A DNA stretch of 64,000 nucleotides from an uncultured Chloroflexia bacterium (GCA_963760625.1 CAVXDU010000003.1:22127-86126), one strand, 5' to 3'. Positions 31,322-42,764 are shown, counted from the stretch's first letter. Numbers and translations: made by a program. The notes: generated by a model not told the origin, from the sequence alone.

Positions 31322-32337
31322 ATGGTGCAACGAGCAGACCGCCGAACGACATTGGACCGGCTGGCACGCCTTGCGGATGGCCGGCCCGTGGACGATGGCC
31401 TGGCGGATGTCTCGGCAGCGGTCGACTGGGCGACGGATGCCGCAAGCGATACCCCCGGTACGAGAGGCACGGATGGCGTGACGCCGCAGCGGCCGCGGAC
31501 CACTCGCACGCACCTGCGCACCATCCGCCACCGCCTCATCCCGTTCGTGTCGGGCGTGTTCGTGGTCCTGGTCGCGCTGGCCCTCTACCAGCGCCTCTCG
31601 CCCGCAACCCAGCCCCTGACGGCCGCCGACATCGACCAGCGCGTCGCGAGCGTGCTCGCCTCCCAGGAACCACTACCCGCGTATTCCGAGGCGGTGTTCG
31701 ACATCATCGCGCCGTCCATGGTCCTCATCTCGACCCACGGCGGGCCGGCCACGACCCCGGACATCGACGCGGCCACGTCGCCTGGCCCTGCCACCGGCTG
31801 GTCTGGCAGCCTGGGCAGCGGCGTCGTGGTCACGCCGGATGGCCAGGTGTTCACGGCGCTCCACGTGGTCGAGGACGCCACGGACATCACGCTCACCTTC
31901 ATCGATGGCTCGACCTCGTCCGCGACCGTGCTCCAGGCCGACCCATCCAAGGACATCGCCGTGCTGCAAGCGGCGACCCTGCCGAGCGTGGCGACCCCGG
32001 CGGTCCTCGGCAATCCCAACGTACCCATCGGCAGCGATGCCTATGTCGTGGGCAACCCCTATGGCCTGTTCGGGTCCATGAGCGCGGGCGTCATCTCGGG
32101 TCGTGGCCGGACGTTCCAGGAGCACGATGGCGGGCCGCGCATCCGTGATCTCATCCAGTTCGATGCCGCGGTCAATCCCGGCAACTCCGGTGGGCCGCTT
32201 GCTCGACCGCGCGGGTCATGTGCTGGGCATCGTCATCGCGCTGCTCAACCCGACCCAGGAGGACGTGTTCATCGGCATCGGCCTGGCCGTGCCCATCGAC
32301 TGCCGCCGGTGCCGCCGGTGGCATGCCCCCGTACTGA
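31322..32337 (+). CDS. Membrane-anchored trypsin-like serine protease, no PDZ domain (frameshifts ~32200-32310)
   Basis: TALHVV, DIAVL, NPGNSGGP. Confidence 0.88.
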
Positions 32338-32354
32338 CACCAGGAGGGAGTGAT

Positions 32355-33380
32355 ATGACCATCGACCAGCGCGACGCCCGTGGTGACGGGCACCCGGCGA
32401 CCCCGATGGAGCGGGTGCTCTACGAGGTCAAACGGGTCATCGTGGGCCAGGATCACCTCCTGGAGCGGCTGCTGGTGGCGCTCCTGGCCCGTGGTCACGT
32501 CCTGGTGGAGGGCGTGCCCGGACTCGCCAAGACGATGGCCATCAAGACGCTCGCCCAGACCATCGGCGGCGACTTCAAGCGCATCCAGTTCACCCCGGAC
32601 CTGGTGCCGGCGGACCTGGTCGGGACGCGCATCTACGACCAGAAGCAGGGCGAGTTCCACACCTCGCTCGGCCCGGTGTTCACCAACCTGCTGCTCGCGG
32701 ACGAGATCAACCGCGCGCCCGCCAAGGTCCAGAGCGCGCTGCTGGAGGTGATGCAGGAGCGCCAGGTGACCATCGGCCGGGAGAGCCACAAGGTGCCCGA
32801 CCCGTTCCTGGTGCTGGCGACCCAGAACCCCATCGAGACCGACGGCACCTACGCCCTGCCGGAGGCCCAGGTCGACCGATTCATGCTCAAGGTGCTGGTG
32901 GGCTACCCGACGCCGACGGAGGAGTTCGTCATCGTCGAGCGCCAGACCGCCGCACCCGCCACCCCGCAGCTGGTGCTCACGCCGGAGCAGCTGCTCGACC
33001 TGCAGCGGCAGGTGGACGACGTGTTCGTCGACCCGGCGCTCATCCAGTACGCGGTGCGCGTGGTGCATGCCACGCGCCAGCCGGAGGCGCACGGCATCAA
33101 GGACCTCGACCGATACATCACGTTCGGTGGCAGCCCGCGCGCGTCCATCAACCTGATCCTCACGGCCAAGGCGCTCGCGTTCGTGCGCGGCCGCGACTAC
33201 GCGCTGCCCCAGGACGTGCTGGACATGGCGCTGGACGTGCTGCGCCATCGCATGGTGCTGTCGTACGAGGCGCTCACGGACGACGTCACGAGCGACGACC
33301 TGCTGCGCACCATCATCGCCCGCATCCCGGTGCCGGTGGTGCCCCTCCGTGGTCACAGTGACATCCGCGCCAGCGCCTGA
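32355..33380 (+). CDS. moxR: MoxR family AAA+ ATPase
   Basis: EGVPGLAKT, RIQFTPDL, LADEINRA, ATQNPIE. Confidence 0.95.
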   Translation: MTIDQRDARGDGHPATPMERVLYEVKRVIVGQDHLLERLLVALLARGHVLVEGVPGLAKTMAIKTLAQTIGGDFKRIQFTPDLVPADLVGTRIYDQKQGEFHTSLGPVFTNLLLADEINRAPAKVQSALLEVMQERQVTIGRESHKVPDPFLVLATQNPIETDGTYALPEAQVDRFMLKVLVGYPTPTEEFVIVERQTAAPATPQLVLTPEQLLDLQRQVDDVFVDPALIQYAVRVVHATRQPEAHGIKDLDRYITFGGSPRASINLILTAKALAFVRGRDYALPQDVLDMALDVLRHRMVLSYEALTDDVTSDDLLRTIIARIPVPVVPLRGHSDIRASA

Positions 33381-34319
33381 TCGGCGGCGAGGCGCCGGCA
33401 CCTCGTCGGGCCCCACAGCTCACCGCGCCGGAGCGCGTCCTCCAGCGCCTCGAGTTCCAGGTGATCCGACGCCTCGATGGCCTGCTCCAGGGCGACTATC
33501 GCAGCCTGTTCCTGGGCTCGGGGGTCGACCTCGCGAACCTGCGCGAATACCAGTACTTCGATGATGTCCGGCACATCGACTGGAACGTCACCGCGCGCAC
33601 CGGACATCCCCCACGTCCGGGTCTACCACGAGGACCGCGAGATCGAGGCGTGGTTCCTGGTGGACCTCAGCCCGTCGGTCGATTTCGGGGTGGCCGATCG
33701 CGACCGGGACAAGCGCGCGGTCGTGGTCGACCTGGTGACCGTCCTCGCGCAGGCTGCTGAGCCGCCACGGCAACCGGGTCGGCGCGATGCTCTACGGCGA
33801 CCGGGTCGACCGGACCATCCCGCCGCGCACGGGCCGCGACCAGGTGCTGCGCATGACCGATGCGCTGCTCGACGCGCCACGGCTGCCTGGCTCGGCGCCC
33901 ACGGAGCTGTCGACGCTGCTGGAAGCGGCGCTCCGGTCCATCAAGCGCCGCTCGATGGTGGTCATCGTGTCCGACTTCATCAGCACCCCGGGCTGGGAGC
34001 GGCCGCTCGCGCTGCTCGCTCGGCGTCACGAGGTGCTCGCGGTGCGCGTCGATGACCCGGCGGAACGGACGCTGCCGGACGTTGGGTTGCTGGTCATGGC
34101 CGACGCCGAGAGCGGTGAGCAGGTGGAGGTGGACACCAGCGATCGCGGGTTCCGCGAGCGGTTCGGCGACCGCGGTCATGGCGCGCGAGAGCCGGTCTGG
34201 CGGCCTCGTTCCGGAAGGCGGGTGTCGAGTCACAGCCGGTGGCCACGGACGACGACCTGGTGCGCGCCATCGTGCGCCTGGCGAATCGCAGGGCCCGCCG
34301 GGGACGCGTCGCGTCATGA
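33358..34319 (+). CDS. DUF58 protein (several frameshifts)
   Basis: REYQYFDDVRHIDWNVTAR; VSDF. Confidence 0.85.
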
Positions 34320-35407
34320 CCTTTCTGTGGCCATGGATGCTGCTCCTGCTGCTGGGTGTGCCGCTGCTGGTCTTCGGCTACCTGGGCATCGAGCGTCGAC
34401 GCGTGCACGCGACTGGCCGCTATCGGCCTGGGTCGTGTCGCGGCCCGCGACGACGGATCGAAGGTCACGCGACGCTCCTGGCTGACGTTCGGCGCTACGC
34501 CCCCGCGACCATCCTGCTGGCGGGCATCGTCATGCTCATCGTCGCGCTCGCCCGACCGCAGGCGGTCGTCGCCATCCCGCGCGAGGAGGGCATCGTGGTC
34601 CTCGTGTTCGACGTGTCGGGCAGCATGGCCGCCACGGACGGCGGTCGGACTGGCTGCCGCCGACGCCGGCACCCGGCGCGAGTGGCGCACCGCGGCCGGC
34701 ACCCGGATCGCCGCGGCCAAGGCGATCGCCACGGCATTCGTGGAGCGGCAGCCCTGCGAGCGTGGTCATCGGTGTCGTCGCGTTCAGCGACAGCGGACTG
34801 TCCGTCCAGGTGCCCACCAACGACCAGTCGGCCGTGCTCGCCGCCATCGATCGACTCCAGCCGCAGCGGGGCACCTCGGTCGCGCAGGGCATCACCGCCG
34901 CGCTGACGACCATCGCGAACACCCGGGCCCCCGAAACCAGGGCTACTACACCAGCCGATCGCCGGAGCCGACCGCCACGCCGGTGCCGGTCCCGCCGGGC
35001 AGCGATGACTCGGCGGTCATCGTGCTGCTCTCGGATGGCGAGAACACGGTCCGCCCCGACCCCATCGACGCGGCACAGGCGGCGTCGGACCAGGGCGTCC
35101 GCATCCAGACCGTGGGCCTCGGCAGTCCGGCTGGCACGACGCTCCGCGTCGGCGACTTCCAGGTCCACACCCAGCTCGACGAGGCGACGCTCCAGCAGAT
35201 CGCGTCCATGACCGATGGCACGTACACGCGTGCCGACACGTCCGATCCGACGCCGCGCTCACCAGCGTGGACGACGTGCTCGGCAGCGAAGCTGGTGAGC
35301 CGCGACGAGGACATCGAGGTGACCGCGCTGCATGGCGGGCGCCGGGATGCTGCTCCTGGTCGTGGGTGGCGTGGCCGGGCTCGATCTCGCTCGGGCGCCT
35401 CCCGTGA
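34316..35407 (+). CDS. vWA domain membrane protein, BatA-like (frameshifts)
   Basis: MTFLWPW, ALARPQ, DVSGSM, LLSDGEN. Confidence 0.82.
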
Positions 35408-35427
35408 GCCGGGACCGGCGCACGGCG

Positions 35428-36522
35428 GTGACCTTCCTGTGGCCGTGGGCCCTCGCGCTGCTGCTCCTGCTGCCAGTGCTCGTCGGCGTGCGTATCTGGG
35501 GGCAGCGCCGTCGATCACGACCCGCGGTGCGCTACTCCAGCCTGTCGCTCATCGCGGTCGCGGGCCCGGGCTCGTCCCGCATCCGTCGGCATCTGCCGTT
35601 CGCGCTGTTCCTCGGCGCGATCGCGGCACTCGTGCTCGCCGTTGCTCGGCCGGTGGCGGTCCTCGCGGTACCCACGAGCGGTGCCACCATCCTCCTGACC
35701 ATGGACGTGTCGGGCAGCATGTGCTCCACGGATATCGAGCCCAGCCGGCTCCAGGCGGCGGAGGCCGCGGCGTCGGACTTCGTGGAGCAGCAGGCGGGCA
35801 GCCTCCAAGATCGGCATCGTCGCGTTCTCGTCATTCGCGGAGCTCATCCAGGCACCCACCAACGACAAGGTCGTGCTGCTGGCTGCCATCCATAGCTTCC
35901 TGACGGGTCGCGGCACGGCGGTCGGGGACGGCATCCTGTCGGCCATCGACGCCGTCGCGGACCTCGATCCGAGCGTCGCCCACGCCCTCACACCCTATTC
36001 CGACCGAGGCGGCCCCGACACCGGTCGTCCGCGGGTGCCTACGCCGCCGCCATCGTCGTGGTCCTGACCGACGGCGCCAACAACGCCGGCTCGGACCCGC
36101 TCGGAGGCGGCCCAGCAGGCCGCCGACCGCGGGCTCAAGGTCTACACCATCGGCTTCGGGACAGCGGAGGGCGGGGGCAGGGACCCCGCGTGTCGGCGGC
36201 AGTTCGCGGGTCGCGAGCCGGGGGGTTCGGCGGCGGCGGATTCAACGGTGGCCAAAATAGCGGAGGCGGCGGGTTCGGCGGCCAGGGTGGCTTCCGGCGG
36301 GGCATCGACGAGGACACCCTTCGCCAGGTCGCCGCCATCACCGACGCCGAGTACTACCCGGCCGAGAGCGCGTCGGAGTTGGAGTCGGTGTTCCGGAGCC
36401 TGCCCACGTCCCTCATCACCGCCCACGAGGTCGCGGAGCTGAGCGTTGCATTCGTGGCGGCCGGGGCGCTGCTCACCATCCTCGGCATCGGTCTCTCGCA
36501 GCGCTGGCGCCCCCTGCCGTAG
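35428..36522 (+). CDS. vWA domain membrane protein, BatA-like (frameshifts)
   Basis: TFLWPW, DVSGSMC, LTDGAN, IDEDTLRQVA. Confidence 0.82.
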
Positions 36523-36551
36523 GCCCAGCGAGCACATGCGACCTCGCAGTG

Positions 36552-36828
36552 ATGGGCAACCACACTGTGGGTCTGGGTCTCCATCGCCGTGCTCGTGGCC
36601 GTGGTGCTGCTCATGGCGCCCCTCGCCGGCTGGCCGATGAACCGGGTCCGGCGGGCCCTCGGGCTCCGGTCGGAGCGCAATGGGCCGGGCCGGGACCCCA
36701 TCAGGGAGGCGCTGTCCGACGACGAGCTATGGGCGGCGCGTGCGGCCCTTCATCCGGGCCTGGTGGGCCTGGTGGGCCTCGCCGGGACACTGCTCCTCGT
36801 CTGGCTGATGGAGGCCAAGCCCTTCTGA
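36552..36828 (+). pseudogene. Membrane protein C-terminal fragment (DUF2269-like)
   Basis: Ends LLLVWLMEAKPF; N-terminal half missing. Confidence 0.45.
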
Positions 36829-36919
36829 TGCGTGTCCTCAGCGCCGTCGCATCCCGTGCTCCCGCCGGCCTCGTATCCTTGGGACGAGCCGGGTCCGGCT
36901 CGCGATGCCTGGAGCAAGC

Positions 36920-37399
36920 ATGAAGACACCATATCCCTGCCTCTGGTTCGATGGCGCCGCCGAGGAGGCGGCCACGTTCTACACCACCCTCTTCCCCGAC
37001 AGCCGTATCGACCGGATCTGGCGCTCCCCGGCAGATACGCCGAGTGGTCCCGCGGGCATGGTCCTGACCGTCGACTTCACGCTGTCCGGTCAGCACTTCC
37101 AGGGCCTCAACGGCGGTCCCGATTTCCGGTTCGATGAGGCCGTGTCCTTCGTGATCGAGTGCGACGACCAGGCAGAGGTCGACCGATTGTGGGCCGCCCT
37201 GGCCGCCGATGGTGGCGAGCCTGGTCCGTGCGGCTGGATCAAGGACCGCTTCGGACTCTCGTGGCAGGTCGTGCCTCGTCGTCTGGCCGAGCTGATGGAC
37301 GATCCGGACCCCGATCGCGCCCGCCGGACCATGGAAGCGATGCTCCGGATGGGCAAGATCGAGGTGGGCGAGCTGGAACGCGCGGCCGACGCCGCCTGA
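36920..37399 (+). CDS. VOC/PhnB-like protein
   Basis: PCLWFDG.AEEA, LNGGP, CGWIKDRFGLSWQV. Confidence 0.92.
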   Translation: MKTPYPCLWFDGAAEEAATFYTTLFPDSRIDRIWRSPADTPSGPAGMVLTVDFTLSGQHFQGLNGGPDFRFDEAVSFVIECDDQAEVDRLWAALAADGGEPGPCGWIKDRFGLSWQVVPRRLAELMDDPDPDRARRTMEAMLRMGKIEVGELERAADAA

Positions 37400-37430
37400 G
37401 GGACAAGTCTGCTGGCTGGAACGGGTCGCC

Positions 37431-37473
37431 TCATCCGCACAGGCACCCGTTCCATCGCGCGCGCGACCTGCTC
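37431..37473 (-). pseudogene. Integrase extreme C-terminal scar
   Basis: EQVARAMERV..G* vs RQVAGAMDAVLGW*. Confidence 0.5.
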
Positions 37474-37669
37474 GGCCGACGATGGAGCGCACACGAAGGT
37501 GGATAAGTGGGTTGCCATGCGCGCAAGAATGATAGAGGACAGGGGTGAGGCTCGGCCCGGTCGCGCGAATACCAGGGAGTCTGGGGCCCGGTCCGGACGC
37601 ATCGTCCGGACCGATCCGGCTGTACCAGAGAGGCTGTCCCCAAGCGAGCGGGTTCGTGGGAGGTGGGAG

Positions 37670-38200
37670 ATGTCCGTCCGGCGCGGTCTGGCCGTCTGGC
37701 CATTCATCCTCATCCTGGGCGGCGGGACCGTCCTTGCCCAGGACACCTCCAACAGCGTGGTGGAGGTGAGTGGCGTCGAATATGCCTTCGTCGGGCTGCC
37801 TGCGAGCGTCCCCGTGGGGACGTCCTTCCGGCTCGTGAACAACGGCCAGGAGGACCACGAGTTCGTGATCGTTCGGGCCAACGAGGGGACCACCGAGACC
37901 CTGGAGGAGCTCCTGGCGATGCCCCCGGACCAGACGGCCTCCAAGTTGACCACTGCCGGCATCGTCTTTGCCGACGTGGGGAAGACGTCGGTGGCTACCC
38001 TTACGGTCGACCAGGAAGGTAGGTACTTCGCGGTCTGCTTCATCCCGCAAGGCACGAAGTCCGGCGTCTCGCCCTCGCCTGCCGCTGGGTCTCCCGGGGT
38101 CCAGGCGGGGACGCCGCATGCCCTCCTCGGCATGGTGGCCGAGTTCACGGTCGGTGGCCCCGAGGCATCCGAAGGTCCGCTTTCGACGCCGATCCCCTAA
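37670..38200 (+). CDS. Secreted cupredoxin-like protein
   Basis: Signal peptide; N.G..DHE and CFIP...H..LGM copper-ligand pattern. Confidence 0.75.
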   Translation: MSVRRGLAVWPFILILGGGTVLAQDTSNSVVEVSGVEYAFVGLPASVPVGTSFRLVNNGQEDHEFVIVRANEGTTETLEELLAMPPDQTASKLTTAGIVFADVGKTSVATLTVDQEGRYFAVCFIPQGTKSGVSPSPAAGSPGVQAGTPHALLGMVAEFTVGGPEASEGPLSTPIP

Positions 38201-38318
38201 GCGCTTACGGCTCCATGGCCCTGGCAATCGGGTCTCGTGCTGCCGCGAGGGTTGGGCAGGACCTGGCAGCGGTGCTCCCGCTGCCACAGCTCATAGCATC
38301 ACCGGGGAGCATGGAGAC

Positions 38319-39653
38319 TTAGGGAACGACCATCCGAATGCGATGGTTGGCGCTGTCGCCGATGAGCAGCGCACCGTCGCGGTCCACGACGGAGGTGGGG
38401 CCGTTCAGTTGGGCCTCGGTCGCCGGACCGCAGTCCCCGCTGTAGTGCCCAGTTCCGTTGAGTTGTCCCACTCCGCTGCCGGCCACCGTCGTGATGATCC
38501 CGGTAGCGTCGACCTTGCGGACATCCCCGTTGTTCCAGTCGGCGACATAGAGGTCGCCCGCCGTGTCGACGGCAAGGCCGTAGGGGCTGGACTCGATGGT
38601 GGCATCGACCGCCGGGCCAGCGTCGCCGGAATGACCCGGGATGCCGGTCCCGACGACGGTCGAGATGGTCCCGGACGGGTCCACCTTGCGGATCCGGTAG
38701 TTGCCGCCGTCGCCGAGGTACACGCTACCGTCCGGTGCGACCGCGACGCCGACTTGCCCGTACGGCCAGTTCCCGAACGTCGCCTCCGTGGCGGAACCCC
38801 CGTCGCCAGAGAAGCCCGTCGCTCCGGTGCCGGCGAACGCGTGGATCACCCCCGCGGGATCGATGGTGCGGTACCTGTTGGTGTCGTCGAAATACAGCGA
38901 GCCGTCGGGCCCGATGGCCAGCGTGGCCGCACCGATCTGGGCATCGATCGCCGGTCCGCCGTCACCGGTCGATCCCTGGACACCGGTCCCCGCGATGGTC
39001 GTAATGGTCCCGGCGGGGTCGATCCTCTTGATGGTCGAGACGTCCGTCAGATAGAGGTTGCCCGCCGGATCGAAGGCGAGGCCGCTCGGGCCGGCGAGCC
39101 CGGATGCGAACGTCTCGATGACACCGTCGGGCCGGACGCGCCGCACGGTCGTGCCGTCACCGAAGTAGACGCTGCCGGAACCGTCGATGGCCAGACCCTG
39201 GCCCATCTGGATCATCGCGGCCGTGGCTGGGCCGCCGTCACCGGACGAGCCGGCGACGCCGGTCCCGGCGATCGTGGCGATGTCGCCGCTCTCGAGGGTG
39301 GTGCCGGGTGGGCAGGCCGTCGGCAGCATCGCGAGCGCCGGCAGGGCATCCCTCCCATGAGGTGGGCCGTCCCGGAGTACCTGCGAGCCGACGATGGCGG
39401 CGCTCGCCGCGAGTGCGACCGCCAGCAGGCCGATCAGGAGCAGTACCAGCGCCATCCGTAACGGCGGCGCCGCCGTGAAGGTCGTGGTTCGAACAGTCAT
39501 CGGTAGCCACCTTTCGAGGAAGGTCCACGCAGGCCGCTGCCGCGTGCGGCTGGTCTGCGCGAGGATGTCGTCGCGGAGGTCCGGCGTGCTGGTCCCGGCG
39601 AGATCGTTCAGGCCAGCACTCAATCGGGTCCCCAGTCGGTCGTCGAATGTCAT
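38319..39653 (-). CDS. ECF-coupled membrane protein (putative anti-sigma) with NHL-repeat propeller
   Basis: TRQRPAWTFLERWLPM then a TM helix; repeats AGTG..G.SGDGGPA; ATGA overlap. Confidence 0.88.
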   Translation of the reverse strand: MTFDDRLGTRLSAGLNDLAGTSTPDLRDDILAQTSRTRQRPAWTFLERWLPMTVRTTTFTAAPPLRMALVLLLIGLLAVALAASAAIVGSQVLRDGPPHGRDALPALAMLPTACPPGTTLESGDIATIAGTGVAGSSGDGGPATAAMIQMGQGLAIDGSGSVYFGDGTTVRRVRPDGVIETFASGLAGPSGLAFDPAGNLYLTDVSTIKRIDPAGTITTIAGTGVQGSTGDGGPAIDAQIGAATLAIGPDGSLYFDDTNRYRTIDPAGVIHAFAGTGATGFSGDGGSATEATFGNWPYGQVGVAVAPDGSVYLGDGGNYRIRKVDPSGTISTVVGTGIPGHSGDAGPAVDATIESSPYGLAVDTAGDLYVADWNNGDVRKVDATGIITTVAGSGVGQLNGTGHYSGDCGPATEAQLNGPTSVVDRDGALLIGDSANHRIRMVVP

Positions 39654-40213
39654 GCCGGACGTCCCATGGGTGCGCCAGCGGGGCCGTCGACGTCGTCGCC
39701 GACGGCCGTGAAGCGCATGGCCGTGAGTGATCGATAGAGGCGGGACGACGCCGTACCGAGCGGGATGCCGAGGGCGTCCGCCGCCTCGGGCAGCGTCATC
39801 TCCAGATAGAAACGCAGCACGATGATCGTGCGCTGCTCCGGGTCAAGCCGGGCGAGGGCGCGGTCGAGATAGTCACGGTCAGCGACACGGGCCGACGCAT
39901 CGGCGACGGGCACGTCATCGAGGGGGTTCAGCTCCACCTCGATGACCCGCCGGCGCCGCCGCCGCGACATGTCGATGCAGGAACGTACGGTGAGACGATG
40001 CAGCCAGGCATCAAACCGGTCCGGGTCGCGCAACCCGGGCAGGTTCCGCCAGGCGAGCACCAACGCCTCCTGGACCGCGTCTCGCGCGAGCTCCGAGTCC
40101 CGGAGGATGAGACGGGCAGCCAGTTCCAGCCGCGCGACGGACGCATCGACGAGCACACCGAAGGCGTCATGATCGCCTCGGCCTGCCCGCTCGACGAGAC
40201 CCCGCTGGTCCAC
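39650..40213 (-). CDS. ECF RNA polymerase sigma factor
   Basis: ARDAVQEALVLAWRNLPGLRDPDRFDAWL; GIPLGTASSRL. Confidence 0.93.
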   Translation of the reverse strand: MDQRGLVERAGRGDHDAFGVLVDASVARLELAARLILRDSELARDAVQEALVLAWRNLPGLRDPDRFDAWLHRLTVRSCIDMSRRRRRRVIEVELNPLDDVPVADASARVADRDYLDRALARLDPEQRTIIVLRFYLEMTLPEAADALGIPLGTASSRLYRSLTAMRFTAVGDDVDGPAGAPMGRPA

Positions 40214-40543
40214 GCTCGCCCTTTCATACGGCGCGACGCTTGGTCGCACTCATACGGTATGACGTCCGGAGCGACCGAATCACTGCAGACAATGTTGCGC
40301 TCTGACGGTGGCGACGACGCGACCAGACATCCGTGGCGTTCGGCTGGCCATCACGGGCAATCGGCTCCCGCAATGCCCGGGCGATGCCGCAGGCAGTGTG
40401 TGACACCGTATGGGGCCCTGCGTGACGACGCGGGACGTCGTACGGCGATCCGGGGTCCGAGGCGCGACGAGCTGCCCTCCGCTCGCTCGACCACCGCCGC
40501 GCCGCATGACCGCTGCGGGCGGTGACGTGCCATCGCCCGCGGT

Positions 40544-41224
40544 CTAGGTCGGAGCGCCCTCGTGCACCGGTTCGCCGAGCTCCACGATGCGGCCCTGGAT
40601 CCGTCCCGCGTCCGGGTACTCCTCGCCGTGCGCGAGGCCGACCTGACTCAGCCCGAGCGCGGTCGCCGCAGCGTCGGTCAGGTACAGGTAGGGGCGGAAG
40701 CCGATCCGCTCTCGGATGGTGTTCTTGAGCAAGCGGTGCGCGACCGTCACGGCCGGGCCGAGCAGGTCGCTGCCGGACCCGACCGTCTGGCGTACCGCCG
40801 GCCCCCGATGGAGCACCACCTTGAGGTCGAGGTACGCCACTGCGGGGCACGCAGTGCAGACATGGTCGCTCGAGGGGATGGCTCGCGTGCGACTCTCGAT
40901 GAACGCGCGGTACATCGTCCCGAGCTTCTCGAGGACCCGGTCGCCCTGGCCATCGAGGCTCGCCGCCGGTGCGGCCGCGAAGACGGCGTCGCCCTCGAGC
41001 TTGACGACGGCGAATTCGGGCTCCACGCCCGCGATGATGGTGTCGAGGAGGGCCCCGAGCACGGAGTAGGCGGCCGGGATGCCCCCGCTGAAGTCGACCC
41101 CGTGCTCCTGCTCGACGCCGGCCATGAAGCCCGTGTAGCCCGAGATGTCGGCGAGCAGCAGGTACCGCTCGCCTGCCGGCGCATCCGCACCCTTCTGCGA
41201 CCCGACTCCCGCTGTTCGTTCCAT
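40544..41224 (-). CDS. DUF2652 (nucleotide-cyclase-like) protein
   Basis: LLADISGYT, KLEGDAVF, C.AC, AHRLLKN. Confidence 0.85.
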   Translation of the reverse strand: MERTAGVGSQKGADAPAGERYLLLADISGYTGFMAGVEQEHGVDFSGGIPAAYSVLGALLDTIIAGVEPEFAVVKLEGDAVFAAAPAASLDGQGDRVLEKLGTMYRAFIESRTRAIPSSDHVCTACPAVAYLDLKVVLHRGPAVRQTVGSGSDLLGPAVTVAHRLLKNTIRERIGFRPYLYLTDAAATALGLSQVGLAHGEEYPDAGRIQGRIVELGEPVHEGAPT

Positions 41225-41336
41225 GTGCTCCCCCTGCCCGTCCTCGCCAGTCGCGCCAGGTTGGTGCGACTGCCTGGGCAAGGCTACAGCCCGCGGTCGA
41301 TAGGCTCCCTCCGGCGTGATCTCACGCACGAAGCTA

Positions 41337-41386
41337 TCGGATCATGGCTCCGAAGGTTAACGGGTTCAAGCCCTGTAGGCCATCCC
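41337..41386 (+). tRNA. Degenerate 3' half of a tRNA (His-like)
   Basis: tcgga-7nt-tccga stem, acggg-TTCAAGC-cctgt T-arm, end ggccatccc. Confidence 0.5.
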
Positions 41387-41415
41387 TCGGCCCGAAGACC
41401 GAGGGACCCGACGTA

Positions 41416-42204
41416 TCACGCAGGGCTCCTGCCGGCCGGACTCTCGAGAGCCGGTGGCTCCGGCAGCGGCGGGAGGTCACCGGAGACGATGAGACCGACG
41501 ACATCCTGGGCGTTGCCTCCGGCGTCCTTGTGGACGAGGATGGCCGAGAGCCCTGCATAACCGCCCTCCCCGACGCAGACGTAGGTCGCCCCGGTCGTCA
41601 GGAGTGTCCCGCCATTGCCGAGGCCTTTGTAAAGGTTGGTGTTCGAGCACGCCCAGCCGCCGCCGTCGTTCTGCAGATATTCGGCCTCCATCTCGACCGT
41701 GATGGTGCCTGCATCCGTCCGGTAGGCGTCGGCGTTCCACCGCGCCACCGCCTCACCCGTGAGGCGTGGGTCACTGGACGTCCATGTCCGCGGCTTGCAC
41801 TCGTCGTTCCAGTGGTGGGTGACATCGCCGTCGACGACGGGGGGCGGGTTGGAGCAGTCCGGGGCGGGCTCGATCTGGCCGGTGACCCATGTCGGGGCGA
41901 CGGGCGGGACCGGGACCGGGCTCGGCAGCAGCGAGGCGCCGGCGATCACGGCACCGGCGAGGGCGAGCGTCAGGACGGCCGTGACGGCCACGACCAGGGC
42001 GATGCGGAGCGTCGGCGAGCCGACGACGAGCTGGGATCGGTAGCGCATGGGGGGCTCCTTGAGGCTGGTGAGCCAGGGCGGACGCTGCCGCCTGCGGCTC
42101 GTGGCGGAGGCGATGTCGGCGCGCAACTGGTCGGGGGCCCGCGACGTGGGTGTCTCGGCCAGCAGGCGTTCGAGGAGCGGCTCGACGCGCACGTCTCGAG
42201 TCAT
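41416..42204 (-). CDS. ECF-coupled membrane protein (putative anti-sigma), unknown extracellular domain
   Basis: RRRQRPPWLTSLKEPPM..GSPTLR then a TM helix; SDPRLTGE; ATGA overlap. Confidence 0.82.
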   Translation of the reverse strand: MTRDVRVEPLLERLLAETPTSRAPDQLRADIASATSRRRQRPPWLTSLKEPPMRYRSQLVVGSPTLRIALVVAVTAVLTLALAGAVIAGASLLPSPVPVPPVAPTWVTGQIEPAPDCSNPPPVVDGDVTHHWNDECKPRTWTSSDPRLTGEAVARWNADAYRTDAGTITVEMEAEYLQNDGGGWACSNTNLYKGLGNGGTLLTTGATYVCVGEGGYAGLSAILVHKDAGGNAQDVVGLIVSGDLPPLPEPPALESPAGRSPA

Positions 42205-42764
42205 GGCGTGTGCACCGGAATGGCATGTTTCGGGGCCTCAGGCTCGGCCTCGAGGGCGAGCCTGAGGGCCCGCAGCCCACGGCTCAGGCGGGACTTCGCC
42301 GTGCCCACCGCGATCCCCAGGATCTCGGCCACGTCGCTGATGGGGAAGCCGAGATAGAAGTGGGTGACGATGGCTGCGCGCTGCTCGACCGGCAGCCGCC
42401 CGAGCTCGTGCTCGAGACGGTCGCGCTCGACGAATGGCAGCGCGATGTCATCGACATGGTCGATGCCGGCGTCCGGCATCGCCTGGAGCTCGACCAACGT
42501 CCGGCGTCGGTCCCGTTTCGCGTGGCGGTAGCAGGACCAGACCGTCAGGCGGTAGAGCCAGGCATCCCAGGCGTCCGGTTCGCGGAGGGCGGGCAGGTCC
42601 CGCCAGGCCGCGACCAGCGCTTCCTGGACGGCATCCTGGGCCTGGTCAGCGTCGTGCAGGATGAGGTTGGCGACGGTGTACAGCCGGTCGACCGAGCCGT
42701 CGACCAGGCGCGTGAAGGCGTCATGATCGCCCCGCTTCGCCCGGTCCACCAGCTCTCGCTGCAT
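42201..42764 (-). CDS. ECF RNA polymerase sigma factor
   Basis: AQDAVQEALVAAWRDLPALREPDAWDAWL; GTAKSRLSRG. Confidence 0.93.
   Translation of the reverse strand: MQRELVDRAKRGDHDAFTRLVDGSVDRLYTVANLILHDADQAQDAVQEALVAAWRDLPALREPDAWDAWLYRLTVWSCYRHAKRDRRRTLVELQAMPDAGIDHVDDIALPFVERDRLEHELGRLPVEQRAAIVTHFYLGFPISDVAEILGIAVGTAKSRLSRGLRALRLALEAEPEAPKHAIPVHTP

Noticed and set aside
32103-33380. Extended MoxR ORF
   Set aside because: The first ~84 codons include the frameshifted protease tail. MoxR starts at 32355 after AGGAGG.
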